Of a stretch of 64,000 nt of DNA, positions 46,761 through 59,366 are shown one piece after another. Numbering within the stretch: the first letter of the stretch is position 1; each line of letters starts with the position of its first letter. The stretch covers positions 128,776,001 through 128,840,000 of the forward strand of contig CM059431.1 in NCBI GenBank assembly GCA_030390025.1, in the 5' to 3' direction. Origin of the DNA: Squalus acanthias (lineage: Eukaryota). Made by a program: the position numbers and the translations under genes. A model generated the notes under the pieces. That model was not told the origin of the DNA. It searched no databases and was given only the letters and a program-made list of their open reading frames with translations.

Positions 46761-47666
46761 TACATGAAATTACTTGGCTTAACTTTCTGTGGCAAGTTTC
46801 ATTCGTACCTACCGTGCAAGTACAGCAAATTCACACTGTTCAATGCATTTCAATGGTGAGGCAGACAGCGAGACACCATTTTGCGAAACTAATGACGCAG
46901 CGGTGCTTCTAGGACAGCAACTTTTGGATTTCCGCATTTAACCTCCCATCTACCCTCGCCTGTAGTTGCGATAGCATTTGCGCATAAATAGCAGCGAGAG
47001 TCATTAGCCTCACCATTATTTTGACAGCAAATTATGGGACAACATTTACTGTCATTGCAACAGTAATGTTAATCCTGTGCCCTTTTTTTTAAAGGCCTGT
47101 TGTGCAAAGTTACACAATGGCCCCTTTGAAAAGCTTTGTGGCTTGGAGCTGTCATTTTTATTCAGTTGGCTGTCTATTACATACAGAAACCCATCCTGAG
47201 AAACACACATCAGCAGAGTTTCCATTTACCTGCTATGGAATGCTTACTCCTTCCTGTAGGGACATACCTCATTTATCTGTCCAGAGAACCAGGCACAAGT
47301 GGGCAAGAACCAAGCCTTAGGGACCTGTAAGTATGTACAGAGGTAGTACTGGAGTTTAACCAGCTAACTCATGCAGCCAGCCAATCAGCACAGATAATTG
47401 AATAACTGCCTGCTGCTTCTCCAACTAGAACCACAATATCGGCACTGGCTTGCAAGCTTCAGTGGATCCAAGTAGGAAGAGTCCTGGCTAACAGTAATAT
47501 CTCTCAGGAATGTTCTCACTAATGATGTTGAGCATTGAGGTCCACAATGAAAAACGTGATGAAAGCTGGATTTGATGTGCTTGATAACAAACTAGGGATA
47601 GATTGAGAAACCTCACAGCAATGCAATGGTCTCTGCACACAGGTCAGTGGCTACTGTGAGAACTCA

Positions 47667-48441
47667 GGGGGAAAAATTTGGTTGGTTAGCACCTCCCATT
47701 AGCGCCTCTGGTGCCCGAGTGTAGCGATTTTCGCGCCGCTCGTGAAATTGACCAGTCGTTTTGCGGCGGCACTAAACACTACCACCATGAGCTCCTGCAC
47801 CCGCAAATCGTGACGTCAGTCAAGCGTGCAATGCCCCAGTAGCGCCCCAGACCAGATATTGAGTCGCGCACCCTGCCTTAACGCCTACCGCAAGCAACGA
47901 CAGGTAGAGGGGAACGTTTTCAAGTCGGGAAGGGGCTGGGGGAATGCTATTTAAAGGCGGGCGCTTCCTGCCTTTTCTTGTCGGCAAAATCTTTGTTTTT
48001 AACGCTGTCCTAAGGAGTTTTGGCCCTCAGCACCACTTTTGAGGTTCCTAAGCGCCGAGCTCTTTCCCTGGGCCTATCCATTACTGCTTCCAACACAATT
48101 GCTTTTGAGATCTCTCCAGGCCGAGATTCAAGGCTGCAATGAGCAGGGAGTGGCCGGCCAGCAAGGTGGCCCCTCTCCTTTAAGAACTGGACGGTGTCAG
48201 TCTGTCTGGCTTCCATGGTAATTGGCATCGCCTGAGCTTCGGTAGCGTTCTGAGGTAGCACCTCGCTCCCTGACGTTTGCACCTTAAGAGAGGTGTGTAG
48301 CGCCTGATTTAGCGCTCAAATCACCTCCAGGGGCGATAGAGGCGAATTTTGCAGTTGGAGGCGATAATTAGCACCGGGCGCTAAACTTTGCGTCCAGCCG
48401 ATATTAGCGCCCCAAAATGGGCGATACCGAATTTTTCCCCC
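47667..48441. mobile_element. Harbinger-type MITE
   Basis: TIRs GGGGGAAAAATT / AATTTTTCCCCC; TSD TCA; reverse-complement similarity to 39241-40084. Confidence 0.88.
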
Positions 48442-48949
48442 TCAACCTCTAGTAGCAGTGTGCATGCAGAAGCAGAGGAGCAAGCGAGTGGATCTCAAAA
48501 ACGGCCAGCCGCTTGCCAGTTCCTGCATCTGAGCAAATATCAGGAGAAGCACCGCAAAACTTGAAATATGATATTCCTGGCATGCACTCTGGGATTATAG
48601 CAAGTAGAGATAGGCAGCCAGCATAATTACAGGTAGGTTCTCTTATCTTCCACACCTACTTTTTTCAATCAGTTCGGAGTAATACATGAAAAAAAACATG
48701 GTGCACGAGTTGACAAAGCAGAATAGCACGGCAGTGGTGTATCCTGTTAAATATTTTGCACATTTGTAGTATATCTTTAATAAAAAGCAAATGCTCAACA
48801 CTTTAGAGACTGTAGTCATTACTGTTTTATTCAGCATAACCAAAACATTTTGGCACATAACTATGAATGTTGTCGTATGTTGAACAAAAAGCAGCTGAGC
48901 AGCTTTAGCTCAAATGTATTTACAAAGTTCCACATTCTCTCCTTTGCAG

Positions 48950-49620
48950 AAAGAGCCATGTGTAGCCTTCAATGCAAAATATTGTTGATCAATGGCTGCC
49001 ATAGCTGTGCCACTTTGGGCACTAGCTGGCGTGCTACAAGGAGTTCTTGTTCCTCTCACCCTTTTCCTGGGGTCAATTTTGTTGCAGCTTCTCTTAAACA
49101 AATATGCTTATGCCTCTTTCCGTGGCTATATTGTGCAGAATGCTACATACTACAAATATTCTGCCACTTTTTTGCATGTAACCTGCCATTCTGTATTCCC
49201 TCACTGAAAATGTGTGTATCATGAGTATTCCCTTAAAGAAAAATAACATTAACTTGCATCATTGTTATGCTGGTAGTCATATACATCTGAACATTGCAAG
49301 AGTAGCAAATCTTTCTGCTATTAAAAGAGTGAGTGAACTGTCTGCAATTGCAGGAATGAAGGCATCAAAGCAATCAATGCACCTTGTACGCAAGAAACGT
49401 CACATATAATGGAAAAAAAATTGTTTGCCTCTCCAGCTGATGATACATACCACTGCTGAACTTGAGTGTAGAAGAAGGAATCCATTACCTCTGTGATGCA
49501 GCTCTGAGTCTGATCCATGCAATGTCTCTTACTGATGCCTGGAAGGATACATAGACATAAAAGTTTAGCGTGATGGTTTCTTTTGCTTCCCTTCGGAGTA
49601 GGTGTGGAAGTGAAAGTGTC
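48950..49620 (-). pseudogene. Very old Harbinger transposase remnant
   Basis: TLNFY...SFQ, CITEV, CVQGA and RIFVVCSILHNIA, in the order expected from 1270-2483. Confidence 0.6.
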
Positions 49621-50066
49621 TTTTATATGTTGTGTCCTGGATGCAGGTTTGTTACCAGGAGCTGACACAGGTTTCAAATCGCAATGGTATCAAGTTGCAG
49701 CCACACTGTATTCCCTAAGATCCAGGTAGATGACATGGGAATGGTACTCATAACTATACCAGGTAGTGGTAGGTCATTTAAGTCTTCCTCCTATGCTGTG
49801 ATCATTTGCTATTTCTACTAATCTGCCTCCAAAATAGCTAGGATTGAAAGACTTCGGCCCCCATATGAACCCGGAGACAGGAACGGAGCGTGTGGGGGCA
49901 GTAGCAGGCGACAAGCCTGCAACATCATGCAACGTGGAAGCCTGGCCGATTTTAACAGCCAGGCATCATTTGAATAACGCTTCTGGGTGTTGCCTCGGCA
50001 TCACGCGTCTGCGCAATTTCCCGGCTACTAATTAAAGCCTTAGTCCAGCTCTGGAAAGGAGGCTGA

Positions 50067-52515
50067 GGCTGAGATTTTCCAGGGGGCTAGAGGGGGCGAT
50101 TGGTGGCGGGTCGGGTGCGAAAGAGTTTTATTCCCCAGCAGGTCGGAACTCCGCTGTGAACCCACCGCCAGGTGCCTTCCCCCGATGTCGGGTCTGTCAG
50201 TGCTGAGTAGATCCAACACGCAGCGGCGGGTTCACAGCTGGGTCCCAATTCAGGTAATTGTTTAGAGCCACTTAAGAATGAATTTCAGCTCAGCTTCTGC
50301 ATTTGACAGCAGGCTCACGGGCTCCACGCTGGTCGCCGGCCACGTCTGTTAAGCTGAAGTGGGAGTTCAGTGGCCATTGAATCAGCTGTTGAGTTGACAG
50401 CTTCAAATGTACAGTAACAGCTCCCACCATACAGAGATATCTTCCCTCAGCCACAAGCTGTTTCTCACTTCATTTCCACAACAGATTCACCATGCTGCAA
50501 GTCTTTACACAAGTCTCCATCCAGTCTGACCTCCTTACCTCTCTCACCATTAACAGATCACTTCTGTCATCTTTACTCCACCTGTCAACTATTCCATCAG
50601 CATAGGTGCCCTTTATACTCTCTCACCTTGGTCCTCAGAATCCCACCACAATCAGCCCCAACACCAGCAGCACCAGGCACACCAGCAGCACCAATAACAG
50701 CACCACCAACCTTCTCCACAATCACCATATGCTGCACAGGACACAGGGCATCAGCACCCGACCAAATTGCTGCCCAGGAGGCCAAGGATGGCCTCACCAT
50801 GGCCAGATTTACTTCAATTGACGCTGTACACCCTGGCTGCCACATGATGCACCAGGTTGGCACCACCCCACACCAACACCATGAAGCATCCCTACAATGC
50901 CCAAGCCATTCCTATCACACTCATCACCATTGCGGTGGGTACCATTATGTCTCACCATTCTTTTATGTTTTATTCGTTTTTTATGGGATGTGGACGTCGC
51001 TGGCAAGGCCAGCATTTATTGCTCATCCCTAATTGCCCTTGAAAAGGTGGTGGTGAGCTGCCTTCTTGAACCGCTGCAGTCCGTGTGGTGAAGGTACTCC
51101 CACAGTGCTGTTAGGTAGGGAGTTCCAGGATTTTGACCCAGCGACGATGAAGGATCGCCGATATATTTCCAAGTCAGGATGGTACGTAACTTGGAGGGGA
51201 ACTTGGAGGTGATGGTGTTCCCATGCACCTGCTGCCCTTGTCCTTCTAATGGAAGAGGTCGCGGGTTTCGGAGGTGCTGCTGAAGAAGTCTTGGCGAGTT
51301 GCTGCAATGCATCTTGTAGATGGTACACACTGCAGCCACGGTACGCCAGTGGTGGAGAGAGTGAATGTTTAAGGTGGTGGATGGGGTGGCAATCAAGCAG
51401 GCTGCTTTGTCCTGGATGGTGTCGAGCTCCTTGAGTGTTGTTGGAGCTGCACTCATCCAAGTAAGTGGAGAGTATCCATCACACTCCTTACTTGTGCCGT
51501 GTAGATGGTGGAAAGACTTTGGGAGTCAGGAGGTGAGACACTCGTCGCAGAATACCTAGTCTCTGACCTGCTCTTGTTGCCACAGTATTTATGTGGCTGG
51601 TCCAGTTAAGTTTCTGGTCAATGGTGACCCCTCACTGCAACTCACTAAGCCACTTCCAAAGGTGCACACAAATCTGTCCAAGAACGCAAAGTGTTGAAAA
51701 TAAAGGTTTTGATGTTTGATACTACATTAACAGAAACTTTAGATGAACATTGGATAAAACACCCAAGTGCCTACCCTTGTGTGTTGTTAGTTGGTATGAT
51801 TGCACTAGGATGAGGGTGAGTGTGAAGGGTGGCTAGTGAGATGGGGATGTGATAATGTACTTAGAGACGGATGGGTGGAGGTGCAAGATAAGTTAGTGTG
51901 AGTAAGGATGTGCAGGAGTAGGGTAGGGAAGGCAGAGTGATGGGGATGTGATGAGAGGCACAGCAGGATGAGGTTGAGTGTGGCTTTTTACTAACGTTTT
52001 GTGATCTACTGAGATCATTAAAACATTTGCGGCATTGCACCCTGGTCCTCCTGATCATATCCCTGCTTGTGCCCTCCTGTGCAATGTGCAACCAGACTAT
52101 GTTGATCTCCTGGGGAGGTCTCTTCCGCCCATGCGAAGGGAAGAGGACCTCCCTGCATGCTGTGACTCCCTCCATAAGCAAATGGAGGGAATCATGGGAG
52201 AGCCTGGGTGCAGCCCTGCACCTCTGTGCAGTGCTTGTCAGTGTTTGCAGTACCTCAATCTTGTAGAACACTGACAGCACAAATGTTAAAATAAAGTTGG
52301 CCATGGTCCCTTTAAGGAAACCAGCTGATGACGCGTCATCAAATGACGTCACCAGACCGGCTTCCTCTAATTGGGCGGCAAGCGCGCTGGGCGGGCTTAA
52401 CAAGCCCAATCAAGGGAAATTCATTTCAGAGGCCGGGATGGAGACAGCAGCAGGGTCGGGACCCACCACTGACGTTGCCCGCCATGGACCCGCCGAGGTT
52501 AGTAAAATTGCGGCC
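50067..52515. mobile_element. Non-autonomous Harbinger (transposase core deleted, Myb exon 1 on minus)
   Basis: Termini GGCTGAGATTTT / AAATTGCGGCC; TSD TGA; homologous to 27590-29107. Confidence 0.85.
50961..51630 (-). mobile_element. 3' fragment of the Zenon-like LINE
   Basis: Highly similar to 21500-22165. Confidence 0.88.
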
Positions 52516-52555
52516 TGAGTGTTTGAAGAAACAAAGTTAAGAACAAATTGGTAAT

Positions 52556-53310
52556 GGCACGTATTTTCCGATCGCAGGCCTCCCGCGGGCGGAGGCCTGC
52601 GATCTGGAAAAATCTACGCCCTTACCTGAGGGCTCCTGGGACGCACACGCTTCCGCTCCTGGACCTCACCAAACTCCAGGTGCGCAGGACCCACGTGTCC
52701 CAGAGGCGCAGATAGTTCGCAGCATCCCTGGGATCACGTAGGCCATGGGGAGCCAATCACGGAAGGGAATCTCCCTTCATACATTTGACAAGAAGACCTG
52801 TCAAATATATGAATGGAGATCAATGAAGAAACATAGTAAAACTTTAAATAATTTTTTTTTAAAAATCACATTTTTAAAATGACTTGAAATTACAATATAT
52901 TAAGTATTTTAAACAAAAATTTAATTTTTTTGAAAAAAATTATTAAAGTATTTTACAGGGCTAAAAATAAATTTACCTTTTTTTAAAGTATTTTTAAATG
53001 ATAAATCAGTGAAATTTAAAAAAACTTTTTTCAACGCTTATCCTGGTAAAAGCAGGCCTTACGCCTGCTTTTACCAGTCATAAGAATTGTAAGGGTTTTC
53101 TGCGGGCGGAGGGTCTCCAAAAAGCGGAACTCTCCGCCCGCAGAGCCCCTTCTCTAGGGCAGCCGGAGGATCTGTCAAGACCATTCTTGACAGATCGGAA
53201 ATGCCGGTTTTCAGCGCATGCGCTGTGCATGCCTGAAACCGGCATTTCCGATGTCCCTACGGGTGGGTACACAGCGTGTACCCACCCGTAGGGATCGGAA
53301 TATCCGGGCC
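52556..53310. mobile_element. Harbinger-type MITE with AT-rich core
   Basis: TIRs GGCACGTATTTTCCGATC / GATCGGAATATCCGGGCC; TSD AAT. Confidence 0.85.
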
Positions 53311-54642
53311 AATATGTCTGCAAAGAGAGGGATGGTTGCTCCCCGTTTCAGTGATGCTTCCCTGGAGATCCTGCCGGGTGCTGTGAGGGCAAGGAGCGAT
53401 GTGGATTCCCCACAACTGGGAAGAGGAAACTAGCTGCCACCATGAAAAAGGCCTGCATCGAGGTGGCAGAAGAAGTGAATAGCAGGAGTGTTACACAAAG
53501 ATCATGGATACAGTGTTGAAAACATTTCAATGACCTGACTTGGTTACTAAAGGTCAGCATACATCCATCTTTACCAATCTCCTGCAATACACCTTCTCCC
53601 ACTCCCATTCACAGTTTTCCTTACCCCTCCATCACTTTCCACAGCACCAATCGTAATGGTTCAATGCATCATGTCTCATCCTGACTCACTTCACACGCCC
53701 ACCTTCCGCTTTCTCCATTCACTACTATCAATAACTCAAATCCTCATCACGTTTCATCTGATCTGATCCACCTGCACCCACTCTCACTATTCCTCATGAA
53801 TTGGCACGGTAGCGCCTTTCATCAAAGGCATGCCATGCCCACTCCTTTTACATCTGCCTGATTCTCACTTTCACTATATGTACTACAGCCAGAGGAGGCG
53901 TACATTCTTGAAAGCCACTCGTAGGTCTGTCATATCCTCTTTGTAAGAGAGTGCAGAATGCCAGGAGAGGGCCAGGACCAGTGGAGGACTACAAGAGATC
54001 ATTGAAGTTGAAGGAGGAGAAGGCACTAGAGATAAGCGGCACCTCCAGTGCCTTGAGCATCGGTGATGGTGAGGTTGGCAGACCAGCGGAGCAGGGTGAC
54101 TGCATTTATCTTTTAGCCTGGCATCGCTCACAAAGATACTTCACCATATCAACAACTGTGGTCAAGTGCTTCATGTGCATATTGACATCTTCTAAGCACC
54201 ATCACTAAATCAAGCAGAGAGTGTCAGAATCACAATCTTAATCAAACTATCAAATCCATAGCGCACAATGAACTAAGAAAGTTCCTCTCAATGCAGCAGC
54301 TTTATTCCAATCTGGCCTCCTTTACTTTAAACATAGCGATGAAGTTGTGAACAAGCCCCACCAGGATTCCCCTGGCGACCTTGCCAATCTGGGTGAAACC
54401 TGTGATGCAGCAGTTCAAATGACATCATAGGACCCCGATTTACATATATTCAGGAGTGTCCCGCCTCTCCATAGTGGGAGAATCAACAACCTTGATACTC
54501 ACCAGCAGCTGGGAATGTGGCGGGTTTGCGGTTTTCAGCATTTTTAACCCCTGTCCCCACCCTTTCCTGTCCATCGGGTGGGGGGTCACAATCGAGACCT
54601 TTATCTCACACCAACGGTGAGGCGATCACTAAAAGATTCTTC

Positions 54643-54752
54643 CATTACAACAGTGACTCCACTTCAAAAGTACTTCATTGGCTGTAAAGCGCTTTGAGAC
54701 GTCCGGTGGTTGTGAAAGGCGCTATATAAATGCAAGTCTATCTTTTCTTTCT
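54643..54752 (+). mobile_element. DeuSINE/L2-type SINE 3' tail
   Basis: CATTACAACAGTGACT..CTTCAAAAGTA..GAAAGGCGCTATATAAATGCAAG. Confidence 0.65.
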
Positions 54753-55029
54753 TTATTAAATACCTCCTGCTCTGCTCACCACTGGACTTCTGCCAGCTTC
54801 CTCTGGTGCTTTATCACCAGCTTTAAAACTAGAAATTATAACAACATGGCAAGAAAGAAAATCATAAGTAAATCTGCAAGTTCAACATTATTTGCTGCCT
54901 AATAACTAGCAGTAAACAAGGAAGAAAAAGTATCAAGTCTTTGTCTTAAAATGCATTGCAAATCTTTACTCCCAGGTGCAATTTTATAAATACGGACAAA
55001 ATATCAACTCACAAAAATTACTACCTCAT

Positions 55030-55512
55030 AAAGCACATTGGAGAGGGTGCAGAGGAGATTCACCAGGATGTTACCTGGGCTGGAGGCTGGGGTTATTTTC
55101 CTTAGAGCAGAGAAGGCTGAGGAGGGACCTGATTGAGGTGTACAAAATTATGAGGGGCATAGATAGGGTAGATAGAAAGGAACTTTTCCCCTTAGTAGAG
55201 GGGTCAATAACCTGGGGGCATAGTTTCAAGGTAAGGGGCAGGAGGTTTAGAGGGGATTTGAGGAAAAACTTTTTCACCCAGAGGGTGGTTGGAATCTGGA
55301 ACTCACTGCCTGAAAGGGTGGTAGAGGCAGGAACCCTCATAACATTCAAGAAGCATTTAGATGAGCATTTGAAACGCCATAGCATACAAGGCTACGGACC
55401 AAGTGCTGGAAAATGGGATTAGAATAGACAGGGCTTGATGGCCGGCACAGACACGATGGGCTGAAGGGTCTCTTTCTGTGCTGTATAACTCTATGACTCT
55501 ATGACTCTATGA
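55030..55512 (+). mobile_element. CR1 3' fragment
   Basis: LGLFSLEQRRLRRDLIEVYKIM, FFTQRVV..WNSLP; (TATGACTC)n tail. Confidence 0.92.
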
Positions 55513-55516
55513 CACA

Positions 55517-56200
55517 GTGGAGTAGTTTCCGCCTTGGGCACAATCGGCAATTCAGGCGCAAATGGTGCCTAAAATTGCACCCAATTAGAAGAGCGTTTTT
55601 CCCCCGAGTTTCCGCTCAAACTCATTTTCATGTCGCTGAACGCAAAATTTGCCAGGAGTCAGCGTAATCGGGCAGCGTTTTTAAATGTAATTTTTTTTTA
55701 AATTTTGCTTTAAAAAATATTCCTTGATATATTTAAGAGTGGTAAAGTTTGATTAATACAGCTGAGAATGGGTATACCACAAAAAATAAACATTTTAAAT
55801 CACAGTGTCAATCCACCACCTGTGAGTAACCCAATTTTAAATGACTGAAAATTACTTTAAAAAAATTATACAAAACTATTTTCTATTTAGATTGGGGTAC
55901 TGTAGACGGTTCCTTAGTAAATTTTAAATAAAAAATAATTCAAAACCTTTCAAAGCGTACCTATTAGTGTACTTGCGCCCTAAAGTTCCGCTGATTAGTT
56001 CACCCTGGGGGCATGGGCACTTTTGTAGGTGGGGCCTGCTTCTCGCGCTATGTTTATAAAACTACCGCGAAAGATCGTGGAAACTTGTGTTGCGCTGAAG
56101 GCAATTTGCACTTAAAATTCCGCGATTTTTCACGCCGGTTACGCTGATATCGGGGGAATTGCGCCGAAAAAACCAGTGCAATCGAGCGGAAACGCCAGGC
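55517..56200. mobile_element. MITE-like element, AT-rich core with GC-rich arms
   Basis: Subterminal inverted GTTTCCGC / GCGGAAAC. Confidence 0.5.
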
Positions 56201-56789
56201 TAGTGTGTACAGTAGTTTCAACCGACAGAGTGAATTAAACCCAAAGTAATCTCTCGAAAATGTAGAAATAGCCTCCGGAGTGAGTAAATTCATCTGGTTG
56301 CTATGTGTTTTGTTAGAATTATTTTGCTGGAAATGCAAAAACAGAGGAAACATTCAATTATTTTAACCAATAGTTTGTGTTTTGTGCCCATGCCCACCAG
56401 AAACAGATTTAAGACCATGAAAACTAATTTCATGTAATACCCTTACAGCCAGAGTGATAAGACTTTCATCTTATCTGTCTGAGCCAGATTTAAAAATGCT
56501 ACCATTGTGACCACTGAATTACAGAGTTAGAATGAATATGTAACAGAGATCCCAAACCTTAATCACTTGTCAATTTTGCTATTGCTTGCAAACATGTAAA
56601 TGAAGAAAAGGAGTCACAAAAGGTACACGAGAGATAAGAAAAAGAGTGTCAATGAAAATATGATGCCGAGGAAAAGGAGAAACAGCCCCAACAGAGAAAG
56701 GATTCTTGATTATGAGAGCGGTGAGTCGGGGACCAGTTGGTGCAGCTTATAACTCTGAGCAGAAGAACTGTGCTAAATCAATTCTTATT

Positions 56790-57230
56790 TATTTTTTAAA
56801 TAAAGGGATAGAATCTTACAAGCATTTGAATGGTGAGAAAACTATCACAAGTGGGTTGACGAAGTTTAGAAGGAGTGTCACCGCACAGTAAAGCACTTAC
56901 TCTGTTTTCACCTGTAGATCTGATGGACAGTGCACGTTATGATATTAGCGATCCTCTATATGAACATCTGAAGTATATAGCCAGAAATGTAAAAGGTTAA
57001 GGAAAGCTAAGGACCATAGTTACAGAGAACTGTTGATATAAATTGATGATGTATTGACATCATGATTAAAGGGGGATATTGTAATGGATTATAAAGAATA
57101 TGCCAACTACTGTTTATTCGATCATTTCTAGAAGTGGCTCCTGATGATTTATAGATATGGTTAACAGAAAAGGATCTCAAAACCATGAGCTGGATGGCCG
57201 AGCAGGCTGATCATATTGTGGCAATCAAAT
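56790..57230 (+). pseudogene. Decayed Gmr1/Gypsy SCAN-like gag remnant
   Basis: RLRK....SYRE, DYKE, PDDL.IWL.EK..KT...MAEQAD. Confidence 0.45.
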
Positions 57231-58069
57231 GCTAGGGATCCAACAAGTGGGTGGGAAGCTGAATACTCCATACCAACCAACCGAGGTGGATGACTCACCA
57301 AAAGAGACGATGATTATCCTGTGAAGCTTTGAAGCAATCAATTACTGGTCTGAAAGAGCATTATCAGGAAGACTGAATGCTGTTTAAAACATGAGACAAT
57401 TTTGTGTGTCGTGACCATGGATACATAAAATCGACCAATGTACTTGTGCCCAGTCACAATGAACAATGGCTAAATGGCTTTCATGATACAGAATGCAATT
57501 TAACAAAATCTGGTGTGGACTGATCAGTACATGAAGGATAGGAGTGTTCTCATTTGAAGGTAGTAGCTGTACCCTAGCCCATGGTATGGCTAAAGTATTT
57601 GGATGTAAAAGTAGAAGTTTCAGCATTCATAATTTGTTACGTAAAGTTTAAATGATGAGAATTTTGTGGCCAATTTAATGAAGAGGCTATGATAAAATAA
57701 TTAAGCCCTTTCAAAACCTGCACAGCTGACAGAAGCTAATGTGACAGCATTGGTGCTTCACCAACCAGAACAAGGTCAGGGGCTAGATTATCCAGGGCAC
57801 GGGGCCTGTTGCATTAAGTTTGAGCACAATGGAAGCATGCAGAATAGCAGTGAGTCACCTGCAGAGTACTGGGGCACTGGCTGTAGCACGCTAACAATTC
57901 TGCTCTCATACCTCATCTTATCTGTCTTGCCTTTTCAAGAGAAAGATGCAGGATCATATGTATTGCACACTAGCTGGGAGCACAGCAAGCTCCTTAGGCT
58001 GGGGAGAGAAACTGCCTTAGCTATACAGCATTCATATGCTTAAGAACAGCAAGTGTGAAGCTGTCAAGA

Positions 58070-58300
58070 AAGAAATAACTTGTATTAATATAGTGCCTTT
58101 CACAAGCTCGGACATCACAGAGTGCTTCAAAGTCCATAAATTACTTTTGAAGTGTAGTCACTGTTGTAATGTAAGGAAACACACCAGCCAATTTGTGCAC
58201 AGCAAGATCCCACAAACAGCAATGAGATGAATGACCAGATAATTTCTTTTTATTAATGTTGGTTGAAAGAAAAATATTGGTGAAAACACCAGGAGTACTT
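58070..58300 (-). mobile_element. DeuSINE-like SINE fragment
   Basis: Reverse complement of the tail at 54643 plus CATTGCTGTTTGTGGGATCTTGCTGTGCACAAATTGGC. Confidence 0.65.
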
Positions 58301-58795
58301 CCCTGCGCCCCTCCACTACCACTGAGCCAAGGCTGACACCAGTCACCAGACATAGCTGGCTACATGAGACCAAAGGGTGAATGAATATAGGCAATGTGAT
58401 GGCAGCTAGTCAATGCCTGTGCCCCTTACTGCCACGGACGTGCAGGAACTGTAAGTGCTGTTCTCAAATCAGATTCTACGGGGGAATTTTAACCTCCAAA
58501 AACGGGCGGGTTGGGGGAGGGTGGGGAGTTAAAATTAATGATTTTTTGATCGTGAACGCAACCCGGCTCCAAACTTCCAGGTTTAATGGAGGCTCGCTTG
58601 GATGCCTGCGAGTAACCTATTCACTGAAGTCGAGGCTTTAATTATTGCAGGTAGTTATTGGTGCAATTTACGTCCTTGGGAGATATTAGAAATGTTCTTA
58701 AGTTGAATTTAACTCCAGCACAGGTTTCCCGGGACTCGGGAAACTGACCAGTGAAACGGAGGTGAGATTGAGCCGCCAGTTCAGGTAGGTATTCA

Positions 58796-59218
58796 GGGGG
58801 CGAAATTGGGTGCCTTTGCGCCCGACGGGCGCTAACGGGGTGCAAATGGCTTTGCGACCGGGCACGGCGCTGACATTGACTCCTGCCATACTCGGCGGGA
58901 GTTTTGCACCAGTGCTATGGCATTGCGCCCCGATCTCCTTCGCTCAGCCCAGCACTCTGCTTGAGTGGATCACGGCTGCCTTGGTGGTCCAGGTAGATAC
59001 TTTTTCTACTGCAGAGCCTGCAGCGATGGCCCTTCCCTTTAAGGGAGGGAAGGAGCCTTTGAACGCGGCAGCGCTGCACGGCTTGATTTAGTGCTCCACT
59101 TCCTTCTTGGAGTGCAAAAACGAATTTTTCAAAAGTTTAGAAACATTGGCGCCTGGCACTAATTTTCTCAACTTTTAAAAGTTAGCACCCCAAACGGAGC
59201 TATAATGAATTTCTCCCC
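58796..59218. mobile_element. Harbinger-type MITE
   Basis: TIRs GGGGGCGAAATT / AATTTCTCCCC. Confidence 0.75.
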
Positions 59219-59366
59219 TTTAAACTTGTCATTACCCCATCTGATTAAAACCTCTCTGATTAAAGCTGGTGCCCCAGTTCCATCATGCATATATTTGACA
59301 GGAGCTCTTGTGTGGATACAGCTTTTTTTTCTCTATTTTGGAGACTTTCAAACTGACAAGATCTGG

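Larger units (their letters stand above)
49840..54599. mobile_element. Old Harbinger derivative with decayed Myb/SANT exons (53314-53551, about 53950-54096), hosting two younger Harbinger insertions
   Basis: MSAKRGMVAPRFSDASLE..EVAEEVNS...RSWIQC.KHFNDL; RERARTSGG; element ends are approximate. Confidence 0.6.

Noticed and set aside
47095..47326. Possible host exon (polypyrimidine-AG ... GTAAGT)
   Set aside because: All three frames contain stops and there is no recognisable protein; could only be a non-coding exon.
49400..49500. DSFFYTQ motif suggesting a Ulp1/SENP protease
   Set aside because: Flanking motifs place it within a decayed Harbinger transposase.
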